Shown: positions 9,684 to 19,593 of the stretch, piece by piece
How the letters are laid out: every line of letters begins with the position of its first letter
Position numbering within the stretch: position 1 is the first letter of the stretch
Origin: a virus
Lineage: Duplodnaviria; Heunggongvirae; Uroviricota; Caudoviricetes
Reading direction: 5' to 3' (one strand)
Length of the DNA: 37,772 nucleotides
Virus record (IMG/VR): IMGVR_UViG_2690316076_000005
Span: 1-37,772 of that record
Notes under the pieces: model-generated
The model's input: the letters and a program-made list of their open reading frames with translations, nothing else
What the model was told of the DNA's origin: nothing
The model's database searches: none
Translations under genes and position numbers: made by a program

Positions 9684-9919
9684 GCCGCTGCATTCAGGTC
9701 TGCCGGAGACATCTGGTCGACAGAGCTTTGCGGCACTTTCGCCAGCCGCACAATGTATTTCGACACCACATGCGCCAGAAGTTTGACTGACTCATCCTGA
9801 TTCATCTGGTAGGGATACCCCAGCTCGCGGACATCCTTCCCGGTGGGCTCATCAAACTCCAGTACGGAGAGTGTCTCGCCATGAGCAGTAATCGGTTTCT
9901 TTAACTCAAGATCTTTCAT
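9650..9919 (-). CDS. tail assembly chaperone (upstream ORF of a G/GT-like pair)
   Basis: 89 aa between the tube and tape measure genes; ends in the slippery run. Confidence 0.6.
   Translation of the reverse strand: MKDLELKKPITAHGETLSVLEFDEPTGKDVRELGYPYQMNQDESVKLLAHVVSKYIVRLAKVPQSSVDQMSPADLNAAAWLVAGFFLQA
9662..9668 (-). other. -1 programmed frameshift slippery heptamer T_TTT_TTC
   Basis: Minus-strand GGT TTT TTC in the zero frame of the 9650..9919 ORF; a -1 slip continues into the 9501..9683 ORF (TTT TTT CCT CCA ...). Confidence 0.5.
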
Positions 9920-10275
9920 TACTGGTAATCCCCTTCTTCACCGTGGAACTCAAGATCAACCGTGCCTTCTTCGGCATTATGGTTCGCTTCGCCGTGCAGC
10001 CAGGCAGACGACAGTACATAGACCTGACCGTTCGCCAGCTCGGCAGTGATAGTCATCTCATCAGACGAGGTGATTTTGTTCACCGGAAAATTCTTCGGCA
10101 CCTTGAAAGTCCCTTTGACATAAGGCGCACGGTGAGTTTCCTTGCGGTCCACTGAACCGTCCAGGCCGATGATGTCATCATTGACCGTCCTGTTCATGGG
10201 CACCTCAATGCCGCCGGTCAGCGATAGCTGTTGACCGTCAATTTTGAAATAACAGGTTCCCCCGATACGGGCCAT
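9919..10275 (-). CDS. tail tube protein (Mu gpM-like)
   Basis: 118 aa immediately downstream of the sheath gene. Confidence 0.75.
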   Translation of the reverse strand: MARIGGTCYFKIDGQQLSLTGGIEVPMNRTVNDDIIGLDGSVDRKETHRAPYVKGTFKVPKNFPVNKITSSDEMTITAELANGQVYVLSSAWLHGEANHNAEEGTVDLEFHGEEGDYQ

Positions 10276-11771
10276 TATGCAGACTCCTCTGAATACTGAA
10301 GACGGAACTGGTTAACCACGGCAAAGACACGCAACTGGTTAACATAGTCAGGCGGGAACAGCGTGTTCAGGCGGTTCGGATCGCTGGCATCACGCTCCAC
10401 AACCAGGTACTGCTTAAACAGTTCGTAGTTTTCCACGATCCCCGCACGCTCAAGCTGACGGTAGGTTGCCAGCAGTTCCCCTTTGATCACCGCCGGGGTG
10501 ACAATCGCCTGACCGGGACCAAAGCGGGTACCGTCGCTGGCAAGCTTGTGACGCCCGTACTTACTGGTAATGACGGATTTCAGTTTGCGCAGCACATACG
10601 CGCTGGTATGCAGCGTCTCGCTGTCGAGGTAGCTGTTATCCGCAACACCGTAAGCGTTTTTCCTGTACGTGGTGACATCACGCTGAATGCGCAGCACCCC
10701 GCTTTCGACATACGCCGTTGCCACGCCATGAGACAGCAGGGTCTGTTGTTCGGTCATCGTGAACCGTTTCCCCTTCGGCGCAGGCAGCATACCCACCAGC
10801 TCACCGGTCTGCGTGGGACGTGCCGGATCGTTGCGGATAAACACCGCTGCGCGGGCGGTACGGCTGGCTGCCAGCTCGTCGGCAGGCGTCTGGGTCTCTT
10901 TTTCGTACCCCGCCAGGGTGATGTGCTGCTGGTTAAACTGGTCACCTGCGTTCACCAGTTCTGACAGTGTGCCGGCCTTTGCCGTATACACATGACCATA
11001 CAGCTGACGCGCATAGCTCCAGCGACCGCTGGTATCGTTCATCTCGGTCACCAGCGTGTTAACAGAGGCCGTGTCGTTGAACGGCAGACCGATATAATCA
11101 AACGGCTCATCCGCCATTGCAGCCACCGCGCCGGTGAGAACCGGAGCGCCCGTTCCGGCGGTCCCCGTCGCCACGGCAATCTGTACGCCCGCTGGCAGCA
11201 CTTCGCCCCCACCGAAGCCGTAGTAATTGAGGCTGACAGGAATTTCATTCCCGCAAAGCCCCTTATGGCGAGCGGTCAGTGTAACCACACCAGCCGAAGA
11301 TGAGGCCGTAAACGGCAGGGCCGGAACGGCATTGATGGCATCTTTGATACTGCTGGCAATCGTCGCGACGTTATCGCCGTTGGTCACCGGTGCCTGCACG
11401 CGGGTACGTCCCACATAAACATTCACCGTGCCGGTTTCGGTTGCTGCCCCGGTCACCGTCAGCGTAACTGTTGCCGCCGCGCCTGTGGATTCAGGAACGG
11501 CAATCACATACAGCTCGCCAAACGGGTCAGTCTGGCGATAAGCCTCGACCATACGCGCCAGCTGACTTCCCGCACCACAAATCTGGCGTGCATAGTCTGC
11601 CGACGGCATCAGCACCAGACTGTTGGCAACAATCTCTGCACCGTTACTGGCATGACCAATCAGCAGCGATGCTCCGCTGTCCTGTGCAGTATTCGCCGCC
11701 TGGTTATCCATTTCCGCATAAAACAACGGAACCAGCGTATTCGACGGAATGGTGTTAAAGCTTATCGTCAT
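10275..11771 (-). CDS. contractile tail sheath protein
   Basis: 498 aa; typical sheath composition; followed by the tube gene. Confidence 0.9.
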   Translation of the reverse strand: MTISFNTIPSNTLVPLFYAEMDNQAANTAQDSGASLLIGHASNGAEIVANSLVLMPSADYARQICGAGSQLARMVEAYRQTDPFGELYVIAVPESTGAAATVTLTVTGAATETGTVNVYVGRTRVQAPVTNGDNVATIASSIKDAINAVPALPFTASSSAGVVTLTARHKGLCGNEIPVSLNYYGFGGGEVLPAGVQIAVATGTAGTGAPVLTGAVAAMADEPFDYIGLPFNDTASVNTLVTEMNDTSGRWSYARQLYGHVYTAKAGTLSELVNAGDQFNQQHITLAGYEKETQTPADELAASRTARAAVFIRNDPARPTQTGELVGMLPAPKGKRFTMTEQQTLLSHGVATAYVESGVLRIQRDVTTYRKNAYGVADNSYLDSETLHTSAYVLRKLKSVITSKYGRHKLASDGTRFGPGQAIVTPAVIKGELLATYRQLERAGIVENYELFKQYLVVERDASDPNRLNTLFPPDYVNQLRVFAVVNQFRLQYSEESA

Positions 11772-11925
11772 CGGTGTTCACCTTTTTATTCACGCGCCGG
11801 ATATCACCCGCTGCTTCACGGCGCAGCCAGTAGTTGTTCTCGTCAACATTTCGCCCTTCGGCGGGCAAAAGGTCGCCGCGGGCAGGGTCAGGCACTGACC
11901 GCCCTTTAACAGGTTTGACAAACAT
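11755..11925 (-). CDS. small Mu gp38-like protein (DUF2635-like), missing from the ORF track
   Basis: Own translation of the minus strand: MFVKPVKGRSVPDPARGDLLPAEGRNVDENNYWLRREAAGDIRRVNKKVNTDDDKL (56 aa); ATG at 11925; ends 13 nt past the sheath start; MFVKP...YWLRR...GD pattern recalled from Mu-like tail clusters. Confidence 0.55.
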   Translation of the reverse strand: MFVKPVKGRSVPDPARGDLLPAEGRNVDENNYWLRREAAGDIRRVNKKVNTDDDKL

Positions 11926-11933
11926 GAGGATCC

Positions 11934-12494
11934 TCAGGAAGGAAGGGTTATTTCGGTGTGATGTTCGATATCGCCGTCAGGCCCGTTACCGGGCTCGAGA
12001 TAATCAACATCAATCGCCAGCGTTTGCAGTTCATCCAGACTGTTCAGATCATCCTGCTGGCGGGTATCGTCTTCAGTCAGCTCGCTGATGACCGAAAAAT
12101 CGAACTGATAAATCAGCTCATGACGATTCAGATCCAGCAGCGTGCCGCCGTCATAGGTAATCGGGTTACCGCACGCCTCCGGGTTCCAGCCCAGCAGAGC
12201 CTTAAAGAGCATCTGCCGGACATCGTCCACCACATCATACGAGGCAAACTGACCGCGCTCATCACGCCCGTTACTCAGTATGACAACCACGGAGAAACCC
12301 TCTTTCAGCTCCTGCCAGTAGTCGGTCTGGCTTTTGTTTTCTCCCGGAGAATCATCACCCGGTACCACATATGCCGCCGGGAGTTTCAGCTTTCCGACCT
12401 CCGGCAGATTTTTGAACTGGGCCGCGCCTGCAACCCGGTTTTCAAAATACGGACAACGGGCACGCAGTGCAGCAATAACAGGCGTCAGTTTCAT
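11934..12494 (-). CDS. Mu gp37-like virion protein (DUF1834-like)
   Basis: 186 aa; position upstream of the gp38-like and sheath genes; family assignment from memory only. Confidence 0.4.
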   Translation of the reverse strand: MKLTPVIAALRARCPYFENRVAGAAQFKNLPEVGKLKLPAAYVVPGDDSPGENKSQTDYWQELKEGFSVVVILSNGRDERGQFASYDVVDDVRQMLFKALLGWNPEACGNPITYDGGTLLDLNRHELIYQFDFSVISELTEDDTRQQDDLNSLDELQTLAIDVDYLEPGNGPDGDIEHHTEITLPS

Positions 12495-12997
12495 CTGTGT
12501 CGTCGCTCCGGCTTCAGTGATTTACGCAATTCCCGCGCCAGAAAATAGCGTGTCCAGCTGCGGTTCTTTTCAAGCGTTTCCACCATGAAGTTATTACGTG
12601 GAGCCAGTCGCCAGCCGCTGCCACCGGATGCACCACGATGATGACTACGACGACGTTTTGCTCCTCCCCGGACACCAAAAAACAGAAACGCCGGATAGAA
12701 GTCACCAGAGATCATCCGGTTCCCCTTCCCGTTGCGCTGGTTAGGGGCAATGCGTGTCATAAAACCGGCTCGCTTTTTACTGGCTCTCGGCACCATATAA
12801 CCAATCGAACGAGCCAGGCGTCCGGTCTGATAACCGGGGTTTTCACCCGGTGCCGACCGCGCACGGCGCATCACCAGCCGACGGGCATCACGCATATGAC
12901 GCTGCCCAATCGTGACAAACGCCCGCCGGACACGGGCGCGGTTAAAGCGCATCTCGGCGGGCTGCTGAACATCAACGTGCAAAAAGGGAGTCGCCAT
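12491..12997 (-). CDS. Arg-rich virion/neck protein (possibly HK97 gp10-like)
   Basis: 168 aa, very basic; position between the head-closure and tail genes. Confidence 0.35.
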   Translation of the reverse strand: MATPFLHVDVQQPAEMRFNRARVRRAFVTIGQRHMRDARRLVMRRARSAPGENPGYQTGRLARSIGYMVPRASKKRAGFMTRIAPNQRNGKGNRMISGDFYPAFLFFGVRGGAKRRRSHHRGASGGSGWRLAPRNNFMVETLEKNRSWTRYFLARELRKSLKPERRHR

Positions 12998-13382
12998 TGC
13001 TGCCTCCGTGACTCTGCCTACATTCGCCCAGCTCCGTACACTCCAGCAGCAGAAAGCGCCGCGCCCCGTTCAGATCACGCTGACGTTTCACCCGGTACAC
13101 ACTGTCATCACAGACCACCTCATAATCAGCAGTGATCCCCCGGCGGTAACGAATGGTGATGTAATGGGTGATGGCGTCCCCGGTCTGCGCGGTTTCCTGC
13201 CAGGTGGTGGCACTGGTCTGGATAACCTTCGCCCATGTCCGGAACGTAACCGGGTATTGAGGCTCCACGCCAAAGTTATCCGCGGGCATATCCACCCGCT
13301 GGCGGATCAGGACGCGTTTATTCAGTTCACCGGGGTCCGGCAGAATGTAGGTTGCGCTGGTCTGCGCCTGACGAATTTTCAT
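12972..13382 (-). CDS. head closure / head-tail adaptor protein
   Basis: 136 aa; follows the gp6-like connector gene. Confidence 0.55.
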   Translation of the reverse strand: MKIRQAQTSATYILPDPGELNKRVLIRQRVDMPADNFGVEPQYPVTFRTWAKVIQTSATTWQETAQTGDAITHYITIRYRRGITADYEVVCDDSVYRVKRQRDLNGARRFLLLECTELGECRQSHGGSNGDSLFAR

Positions 13383-13702
13383 TGCGGAAAGTACCTGTAC
13401 GGGCCGACAAGCCAGCCAAAACTCTGCGGCATGTCGAGTTTCTCCACTTCCGTAACCGACGAGCGGTTTTCGTAAAAATGGCTGATAAGCATCAGCATCC
13501 CCAGACGAATATCATCCGGCAGGTGCAGCCCGTCCGGATCGCTGTCCGGAATGGTTTCATCCGGTGCATAGAGCTTCCGGTTCAGATACGTTTCCGTCCG
13601 CTTTTGTGCCGCACAGGCCAGCAGTTGCAGATGGCGGTCATCAGCATCGAAATCCTCATCCAGCCGGAGTTGGGCTTTAATCTCTTCCATTGTCAGAAGC
13701 AT
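13379..13702 (-). CDS. gp6-like head-tail connector protein
   Basis: 107 aa; MLLTMEEIKAQLRLDEDFDADD start typical of this family. Confidence 0.65.
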   Translation of the reverse strand: MLLTMEEIKAQLRLDEDFDADDRHLQLLACAAQKRTETYLNRKLYAPDETIPDSDPDGLHLPDDIRLGMLMLISHFYENRSSVTEVEKLDMPQSFGWLVGPYRYFPQ

Positions 13703-13704
13703 AC

Positions 13705-13905
13705 TCAGCCCTCTTTACTGGTCGTGGCTTTTTTCTCTTTTGTCGCTTTACTGCTTTTTGCACTGGTTCCGCGCTCTGCTAACCCGGCCTGAAGTGCAAT
13801 CTCCTGCACCCGGGCAGGAAGCGCCCCGTCGTCATACTCACCGGCCCGAATGACCTCAACACGCATACCGTCCGGTGACCATTTCAGATCTTGTTTCAGG
13901 ATCAT
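13705..13905 (-). CDS. hypothetical small protein with Lys/Ser/Thr-rich tail
   Basis: 66 aa; ATG start; between the capsid and connector genes. Confidence 0.4.
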   Translation of the reverse strand: MILKQDLKWSPDGMRVEVIRAGEYDDGALPARVQEIALQAGLAERGTSAKSSKATKEKKATTSKEG

Positions 13906-13924
13906 GATTCTTCACCCGTCAGAA

Positions 13925-13948
13925 CAGGGGCGCGGTTCCGCGCCCCTG
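13925..13948 (-). other. GC-rich palindrome just downstream of the major capsid gene
   Basis: caggggcgcgg tt ccgcgcccctg, perfect inverted repeat; no U-tract, so more likely an mRNA-stabilising or attenuating hairpin than a full terminator. Confidence 0.4.
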
Positions 13949-13953
13949 AGTGA

Positions 13954-15159
13954 TTACGCCACTGCAATCTTCAGCAGTTTGATGGCCTGCGAATCGACCA
14001 GCATGCCGCCGGTGCGTTTGGTGGTATAAAAACCGACAAACGGTTTATTGGTGTACGGATCACGCAGAATGCGGGTGCCGATACGGTCAACGATGGTGTA
14101 ACCCCGTTTGAAGTTACCAAATGCAATGGCTTTCGCATCAGCGGCGATATCGGGCATCTGTTCGTTTTCAGCGATACCGTAACCCGCCAGAGAGGACGGC
14201 TGCCCCAGCTCCAGCCCCGGACGCCACAGATAGTTACCCTCGCTGTCTTTCAGCAGACGGATGGCAAACAGGCTATTGTTGTTCATCATGAACTTCGCGC
14301 CGGTGCGGTGTGCCTTACGAAGCGTGTAAATCAGTTTGATAATGGCGTCTGCGGTCACCGCCGTCGCGTCGCCGGATACAATATGCTGAAGTTTGCCGAA
14401 CGCCCGGACCTTATCGGTTTCATCCGTGGATTCATACGCCAGGAACCCTTTCGGCTTCTTGGTACCATCGCCGGTGGTAAAGGCAATTTCTTCCTGTTCG
14501 GCAAATTCGGTTGCCAGCTCGCTGTTGATCCATGCTTCCACGTTGAAAAAGGCATCATCCAGCATTTTCTGGGTGGCCTGCGGGTTACCGTAGATTTCCC
14601 CCATGAAAGGTTCAATCAGGCCCAGTTTTGAGGTGGCAGTCTGGGAGCGCGCGTCAGTCTCGCCAACCCATCCGGAAGCCGTGCCGCCCAGATTCACCAG
14701 TTTTTTGTAGTCGGAACCACCAACGGTGATCACCGTGGCTTCCTGGCGCATCACCACTTCATCTTTCAGCAGGGTGAGAATGTTGCGATCCAGTGCTTCC
14801 GGCACGGCATAGCCGCCGTCTTCATCGGTGCCCACCTGTAATGCCTTGCGCTCCAGATCGCGCAGACCATCTTCACGGCCTTTACGCAGGAAGCCCACAA
14901 ACGCTTCTTTATGCTCGGTGGCCAGTTTATTTTGCGCACCACCTGCCGGACGTTTCAGCTCAAGCAGCTCTTTTTCAAGATCGCTTTTGAGGTTTTCCAG
15001 CTCGCTGAGTTTCCCGTTCAGGGTTTCCACCTGGCCGGCAAGCTTGCCTTTTTCCTGCTCAATCGCATCCACGCGCTTGTCGTTCTTTGCTTTGAAGTCG
15101 TCAAACTTCTGCTGCAGCTCCTGCGCGACCTGTTCGACATCTTTAATATCTACCGCCAT
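13954..15159 (-). CDS. major capsid protein, HK97 family
   Basis: 401 aa; N-terminal coiled-coil delta domain followed by a capsid core region. Confidence 0.9.
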   Translation of the reverse strand: MAVDIKDVEQVAQELQQKFDDFKAKNDKRVDAIEQEKGKLAGQVETLNGKLSELENLKSDLEKELLELKRPAGGAQNKLATEHKEAFVGFLRKGREDGLRDLERKALQVGTDEDGGYAVPEALDRNILTLLKDEVVMRQEATVITVGGSDYKKLVNLGGTASGWVGETDARSQTATSKLGLIEPFMGEIYGNPQATQKMLDDAFFNVEAWINSELATEFAEQEEIAFTTGDGTKKPKGFLAYESTDETDKVRAFGKLQHIVSGDATAVTADAIIKLIYTLRKAHRTGAKFMMNNNSLFAIRLLKDSEGNYLWRPGLELGQPSSLAGYGIAENEQMPDIAADAKAIAFGNFKRGYTIVDRIGTRILRDPYTNKPFVGFYTTKRTGGMLVDSQAIKLLKIAVA

Positions 15160-15173
15160 CGTATTTCTCCTGA

Positions 15174-15860
15174 TTAGAAGTTCAGATTTTTCAGTGCATT
15201 CAGTGCAGAGCTCACATCCTCAGCGTCGCGCAGGGACAGTGCGCCATAGCCCCCGGCCATGAATGCTTTGGCCTGGGTACGGGAGAGCCCGACATCACGC
15301 AGGACTCTTTCGATTTTTTTCTGTTCGGGGATTTCCCCGCGGGCCAGTGCGTTCTTGACGTCGCTGATCCGCGCCTCGTCGTTAGACGGGAACGTCACCA
15401 GGCTGACTTCCCAGAGGTCGATTTCTTTCAGCAGAAAGGCTTCTTTGCTCCGGTCGTATTCCCAGTCTTTCAGGACGTACCCAATAGAAAGGCCGGTTAA
15501 CGAACCGGCCTTCATGTGTGCATGTGCGCGTTTTGCGAGGGGATCATCATCAATAAGCAACCGTCCCCTGACGTAAAGCCCGACATCGTCTTCCTTCATT
15601 TCGGTGTAAACACCGATGGGTTCATCCATGCGGTGCTGCCAGAGCAGCGCAGGTAACGCTTTTCTGTCACTCCACGCCCGCAGGGAAGCAGCAAATGCCC
15701 CGGACATCACCACATCATCGTGGCTGTCCTTTACACCAAAGACGGAGCCATACCCTTCAAACTCACCGGAGTCACTGACAGATTTCAGACTCAGCGGTAC
15801 ATCAAGACGTTGTTTCGTCTGCATTGGCGTTATCCTTCTGCTTACCGGCTTTACTGCCAT
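15174..15860 (-). CDS. prohead maturation protease, HK97 family
   Basis: 228 aa; between the portal and capsid genes; overlaps the portal 3-prime end. Confidence 0.85.
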   Translation of the reverse strand: MAVKPVSRRITPMQTKQRLDVPLSLKSVSDSGEFEGYGSVFGVKDSHDDVVMSGAFAASLRAWSDRKALPALLWQHRMDEPIGVYTEMKEDDVGLYVRGRLLIDDDPLAKRAHAHMKAGSLTGLSIGYVLKDWEYDRSKEAFLLKEIDLWEVSLVTFPSNDEARISDVKNALARGEIPEQKKIERVLRDVGLSRTQAKAFMAGGYGALSLRDAEDVSSALNALKNLNF

Positions 15861-17043
15861 CGGAGGGTTTCGTGGTCATGTTCATCGGTGTGAGATAGAC
15901 ATCCCCACCGGGACGCGGATTCATATCTTCCAGGTCGCGGCAGTCATTGGGAGAGTAAATTCCCCAGTTAATCCCGGTGGCGTAGGCTTCAAAACGGGAC
16001 TTCATATCCCCGCGCAGTAACGCCCCGGCGTTAAATTTGGCGTAATAAACGCCCTGCTTACTTTTTCGTACCAGTCCGGTGTTGATCCGCTGTTCGATGC
16101 GGGTCAGATACGGCACCAGTGAATAGTTGATAAATCCCAGCCCCAGCTCTTCGATATTGTTGAAGGTGGCGCGATCGGTGTTCTGCACCATGTGCAACGG
16201 CACCCGGAACAGACGACAGATTTCTTCAAGCTGAAACTTGCGGGTTTCCAGGAACTGGCTGTCCTCGGCGTTCAGCGCCATCGACTTCCAGTCCAGCCCC
16301 ATCTCAAGGATCATCGGGCGGTGAGCATTGCCAAGTCCGGTGTGACGCTCCTCAAAATCTTTCTTCAGGCGCTCATAAGCCTGATCTGACAGCGTCTGCT
16401 CTGTACGCAACACACCCGACGTCACCGCGCCATTGCTGAACAGTCTGGCCCCGTGCTCTTCGGTCGCTGCCGCCAGCGATATTGCCTCGCGGGCATAGGC
16501 GATGGGATTCAGCCCCACCAGTCCGTCCAGCGTCAGCGTGCGCACATGCCAGATATCCTCCTGGCTCAGTACATCCGTGGAGCCATCCGGGAATGTGACC
16601 TGATAGACCGGCTCCCAGCTACTGTTAAGCTTCGGTACCACACAGCCGGGATCGACGGGCAGCAGTTCAGCCACTTCGCCAAATGCTTTCACTTTGTAGG
16701 CGTAAAAGTTTCCCCGCAGGCACAGACAGGTGACCACCAGCTCCCAGAACTCCTGCGGCGTCATATAGCCATTGGGATGCGTGGAGATCAGCTTATGCAG
16801 ACGTTCGCCAGTGGCTCTCTGCTTCAGGCTGCCGTTCAGGTGATACAGGTTGCAGGGCAACATCCCGACCGACTCCGCCAGCACCCTGACACAGGAAAAA
16901 ACCGCCGTCAGTCGCATGGCCCGCTGGCTGCTGATCTGCTTTCCGGTATAGGTGTCGTAGGACAACCCGATAGCATCCGCCAGCTCTGCTGGCGTGGTCA
17001 CCGGTGCGTCACTTTTTCGTTGAAATAATCCCGAAAAAAACAC
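15802..17043 (-). CDS. portal protein, HK97 family
   Basis: 413 aa; size and position. Confidence 0.85.
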   Translation of the reverse strand: MFFSGLFQRKSDAPVTTPAELADAIGLSYDTYTGKQISSQRAMRLTAVFSCVRVLAESVGMLPCNLYHLNGSLKQRATGERLHKLISTHPNGYMTPQEFWELVVTCLCLRGNFYAYKVKAFGEVAELLPVDPGCVVPKLNSSWEPVYQVTFPDGSTDVLSQEDIWHVRTLTLDGLVGLNPIAYAREAISLAAATEEHGARLFSNGAVTSGVLRTEQTLSDQAYERLKKDFEERHTGLGNAHRPMILEMGLDWKSMALNAEDSQFLETRKFQLEEICRLFRVPLHMVQNTDRATFNNIEELGLGFINYSLVPYLTRIEQRINTGLVRKSKQGVYYAKFNAGALLRGDMKSRFEAYATGINWGIYSPNDCRDLEDMNPRPGGDVYLTPMNMTTKPSDGSKAGKQKDNANADETTS

Positions 17044-17225
17044 TATTTACCTCCGCCGACAGACGACTGTGTACGCTCAAGATATCGCGCCACCAGCCAC
17101 GACCAGAACAGGCACAACGCCCCGGCAACAACAAACCCCGCCGGGGGATAAATCAGCCAGGCACCATACGCCAGCAAAAGCGCCCCCAGCACGCCCACCA
17201 GAGGCGCGAGAATCAGCATGATCAT
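17043..17225 (-). CDS. small two-transmembrane-helix protein
   Basis: 60 aa, [49 protein letters not shown]; ATG with SD gagg; exactly fills the gap between the terminase stop and the portal start. Confidence 0.45.
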   Translation of the reverse strand: MIMLILAPLVGVLGALLLAYGAWLIYPPAGFVVAGALCLFWSWLVARYLERTQSSVGGGK

Positions 17226-17236
17226 AATTACCTCAG

Positions 17237-18970
17237 TTAAAGCGAGCGGATCCCATAGGACTCAATGTGGTCAGACAACGTGTCTTCTTTCTCGTACAGC
17301 ATGGCTCTGCCAACCGCCATAATCAGCGCAACTGCACCATCGATTTTGTTTTCCGCCTGCTCTTTGACGGGCTTCACCACATCATCGTTACCCGGAATGG
17401 TTTTGCCGACCACGTTGCCGATACACCAGGTCATGATGGGATTGCCATCATGATGAAAGCGCCCCGATTCAATTGCCGCTTCCAGCTCTTTCATCGGGTC
17501 GGACATGTTGGTGTAGTTCTGAATGATAGTGATGGGGTTCAGGTCTTCATCAGCAAGGTCATGTGACAACCCGGTTGCCCCGAAGGGGTCGATGGGTGAC
17601 TCACTGACCGGGCTGATTTTGTTCGCCGCTTTGGCCTCCTCGAGGATGTAGCGATAATCCACCTCCGCACCATCGGTAACGGTCAGAACGCCCATTTCCA
17701 CCCATTTCTGAAAGCGTTCGGCTGTCCGGCGATCTTCATTTTTCTCGACGCTGTACACCGTGTCATACGGTACCCAGAAACGCGGGGCCACACTGTAGTA
17801 ATGCGTTTTACCGTCAATCTCGCGGGTATAAAGTCGCGCCATGCTGTTCATATCCAGCTTACGCGCCAGGTCAAAGGCCAGAATGCACGGCTGCCCCTCG
17901 AACTGCTCAAGGGTCAGTGATTTATCCTCGCAGCTCTGCCAGCTCACCAGGTTGAAATACGCCGAACGCGCCGACACCCAGATATTGAGGTGCTTTGTTT
18001 TAAAGACGTTTGCCAGACGGGCGTTATTTTTCGCACGCTGCTGCTGACTTAACAAAAATTCGCGATAAACCGACACGCCAATATTCGGGTTAGCTTTTTC
18101 CAGCACCTGCGGGTCGGTCCAGTCATCGCCTTCGTCAACGGTATAGATGATCCCGAACAGTTCATCATTGGGTACCGACCCGTTGAGCATCTCGATAACT
18201 TCCCGCCGCTTGTCGTAGCACGGCCCCTCAATGTTGTACCCGGCAGTAGTAATGGCCCACATCAGTGGCTGACGTCGCGCCCCCATCCCGGTAAGCATCG
18301 TGGTGTAAAGCGCATCGGTGGCGTGCTCGTGATATTCATCCACCACCGCACAGTGGGGTGATGATCCATCACCGGGGTTACCGATCAGCGGTTCAAACCG
18401 CGCGCCATCCTCCGGACGGTTCATGTTTGAGGCGTTAACCTCAATCCCGAACGCTTCCGTCAGCATGGGCGTGCGTTTACACATCAGTCGCGCCGGGCGA
18501 AAGACTTCCCACGCCTGTTTCTCTGTCGTGGCACCGGAATACACTTCCGCGCCAAACTCGTTATCACAGGCAAAACAATACAGGGCGACACCGGCAGAGA
18601 TTGCCGATTTGCCGTTCTTACGGGGGATTTCGGTATACACCTCCCGGAAGCGGCGCAGCCGGGAGCCTTTATTGACCCAGCCAAACGCACAGCAGATCAC
18701 AAAGAGCTGCCACGGCTCCAGCGTGATGGGCATCCGTTTGAATGCCCACTCACCCTTGGTGTGCGGCAACAGCTGAATAAATTTGGCGGCCCGTTCAGCC
18801 TGGTCCTTGTCGAAGCGGTAACGAAACGACTTACTTTTTTCCGCCATCAGGTCATCAAGATGGCGCTGGCAGGCCTGAATCACAAACTGGCAGGCCACAA
18901 TCTTTCCGCGCACGACATCCCGGGCATACTGATTGGCAGCATTTACGTTGGGGTAAGATTTCCGGCTCAT
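17237..18970 (-). CDS. terminase large subunit
   Basis: 577 aa; size and position downstream of the small subunit. Confidence 0.9.
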   Translation of the reverse strand: MSRKSYPNVNAANQYARDVVRGKIVACQFVIQACQRHLDDLMAEKSKSFRYRFDKDQAERAAKFIQLLPHTKGEWAFKRMPITLEPWQLFVICCAFGWVNKGSRLRRFREVYTEIPRKNGKSAISAGVALYCFACDNEFGAEVYSGATTEKQAWEVFRPARLMCKRTPMLTEAFGIEVNASNMNRPEDGARFEPLIGNPGDGSSPHCAVVDEYHEHATDALYTTMLTGMGARRQPLMWAITTAGYNIEGPCYDKRREVIEMLNGSVPNDELFGIIYTVDEGDDWTDPQVLEKANPNIGVSVYREFLLSQQQRAKNNARLANVFKTKHLNIWVSARSAYFNLVSWQSCEDKSLTLEQFEGQPCILAFDLARKLDMNSMARLYTREIDGKTHYYSVAPRFWVPYDTVYSVEKNEDRRTAERFQKWVEMGVLTVTDGAEVDYRYILEEAKAANKISPVSESPIDPFGATGLSHDLADEDLNPITIIQNYTNMSDPMKELEAAIESGRFHHDGNPIMTWCIGNVVGKTIPGNDDVVKPVKEQAENKIDGAVALIMAVGRAMLYEKEDTLSDHIESYGIRSL

Positions 18971-19470
18971 GATTCGATGATTTTCAGAAACGGGTTAGTA
19001 GCTTTCTTCTGCCCCGCCAGGCCAATCAGACGCTGGCGGCTGCTGGGGTCGAGTCCGAGCATTGCCCCCGTGCTGCTCATCTCGGACTCCTGTTCTTTTT
19101 TGGCGGTCAGCTCAGGATTTTTGACCATACCGCCCATTGCACCGGTGATGGTGTTGCCCTGTCTGGCAATATTTTTCACGGCACGTCGCCAGAACTCATA
19201 GGCCACACACCACCGCTCAAGCACCGCGAGGTCAGTCACGCACAGCAGGCCCTGACCGCAAAGTTCTTTAGTTGTCAGTTGCCACATGATCGTGGCGAGA
19301 GGGAGATCTTCTTCAGCGAACCACTCCGGTGGCTCAACACCTTTGATGGGCGTAAAAACAGGTTCATCTTTATTCAGGGCTCGCTTGCCGGGGTTTCCGG
19401 CCAGCGCCTTGCGCGCCGTTGGCTTGGGGCGACGCCCGGAACGCCCCGCCGTTCCAGCCATATGCGGCAC
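18967..19470 (-). CDS. terminase small subunit (P27-like)
   Basis: 167 aa; basic N-terminus; overlaps the large subunit start. Confidence 0.75.
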   Translation of the reverse strand: MPHMAGTAGRSGRRPKPTARKALAGNPGKRALNKDEPVFTPIKGVEPPEWFAEEDLPLATIMWQLTTKELCGQGLLCVTDLAVLERWCVAYEFWRRAVKNIARQGNTITGAMGGMVKNPELTAKKEQESEMSSTGAMLGLDPSSRQRLIGLAGQKKATNPFLKIIES

Positions 19471-19593
19471 TCCTGGTTAAATTTCATTTTTCGCGGGTAT
19501 AAAAAAACGATGGGGCGGGCAGTCCGGAAGGTGCGCGGTCGCAGAGATTTGACCTCCCCCTCCCCCTCCCCTGACTGATGATGACATCAATTC
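19471..19593. other. candidate cos / packaging-site region
   Basis: Intergenic region between HNH and the small terminase gene with GC-rich blocks (ggggcgggcag, tcgcgggt) and a polypyrimidine tract cctccccctccccctcccc. Confidence 0.3.

Noticed and set aside
11958-13135. Plus-strand ORFs 11958..12548 (196 aa) and 12638..13135 (165 aa) opposite the virion genes
   Set aside because: Shadow ORFs antisense to syntenic structural genes; His/Arg/Pro-rich low-complexity translations
16453-17028. Plus-strand 191-aa ORF inside the portal gene
   Set aside because: Antisense shadow ORF with Gln/Arg/His-rich composition
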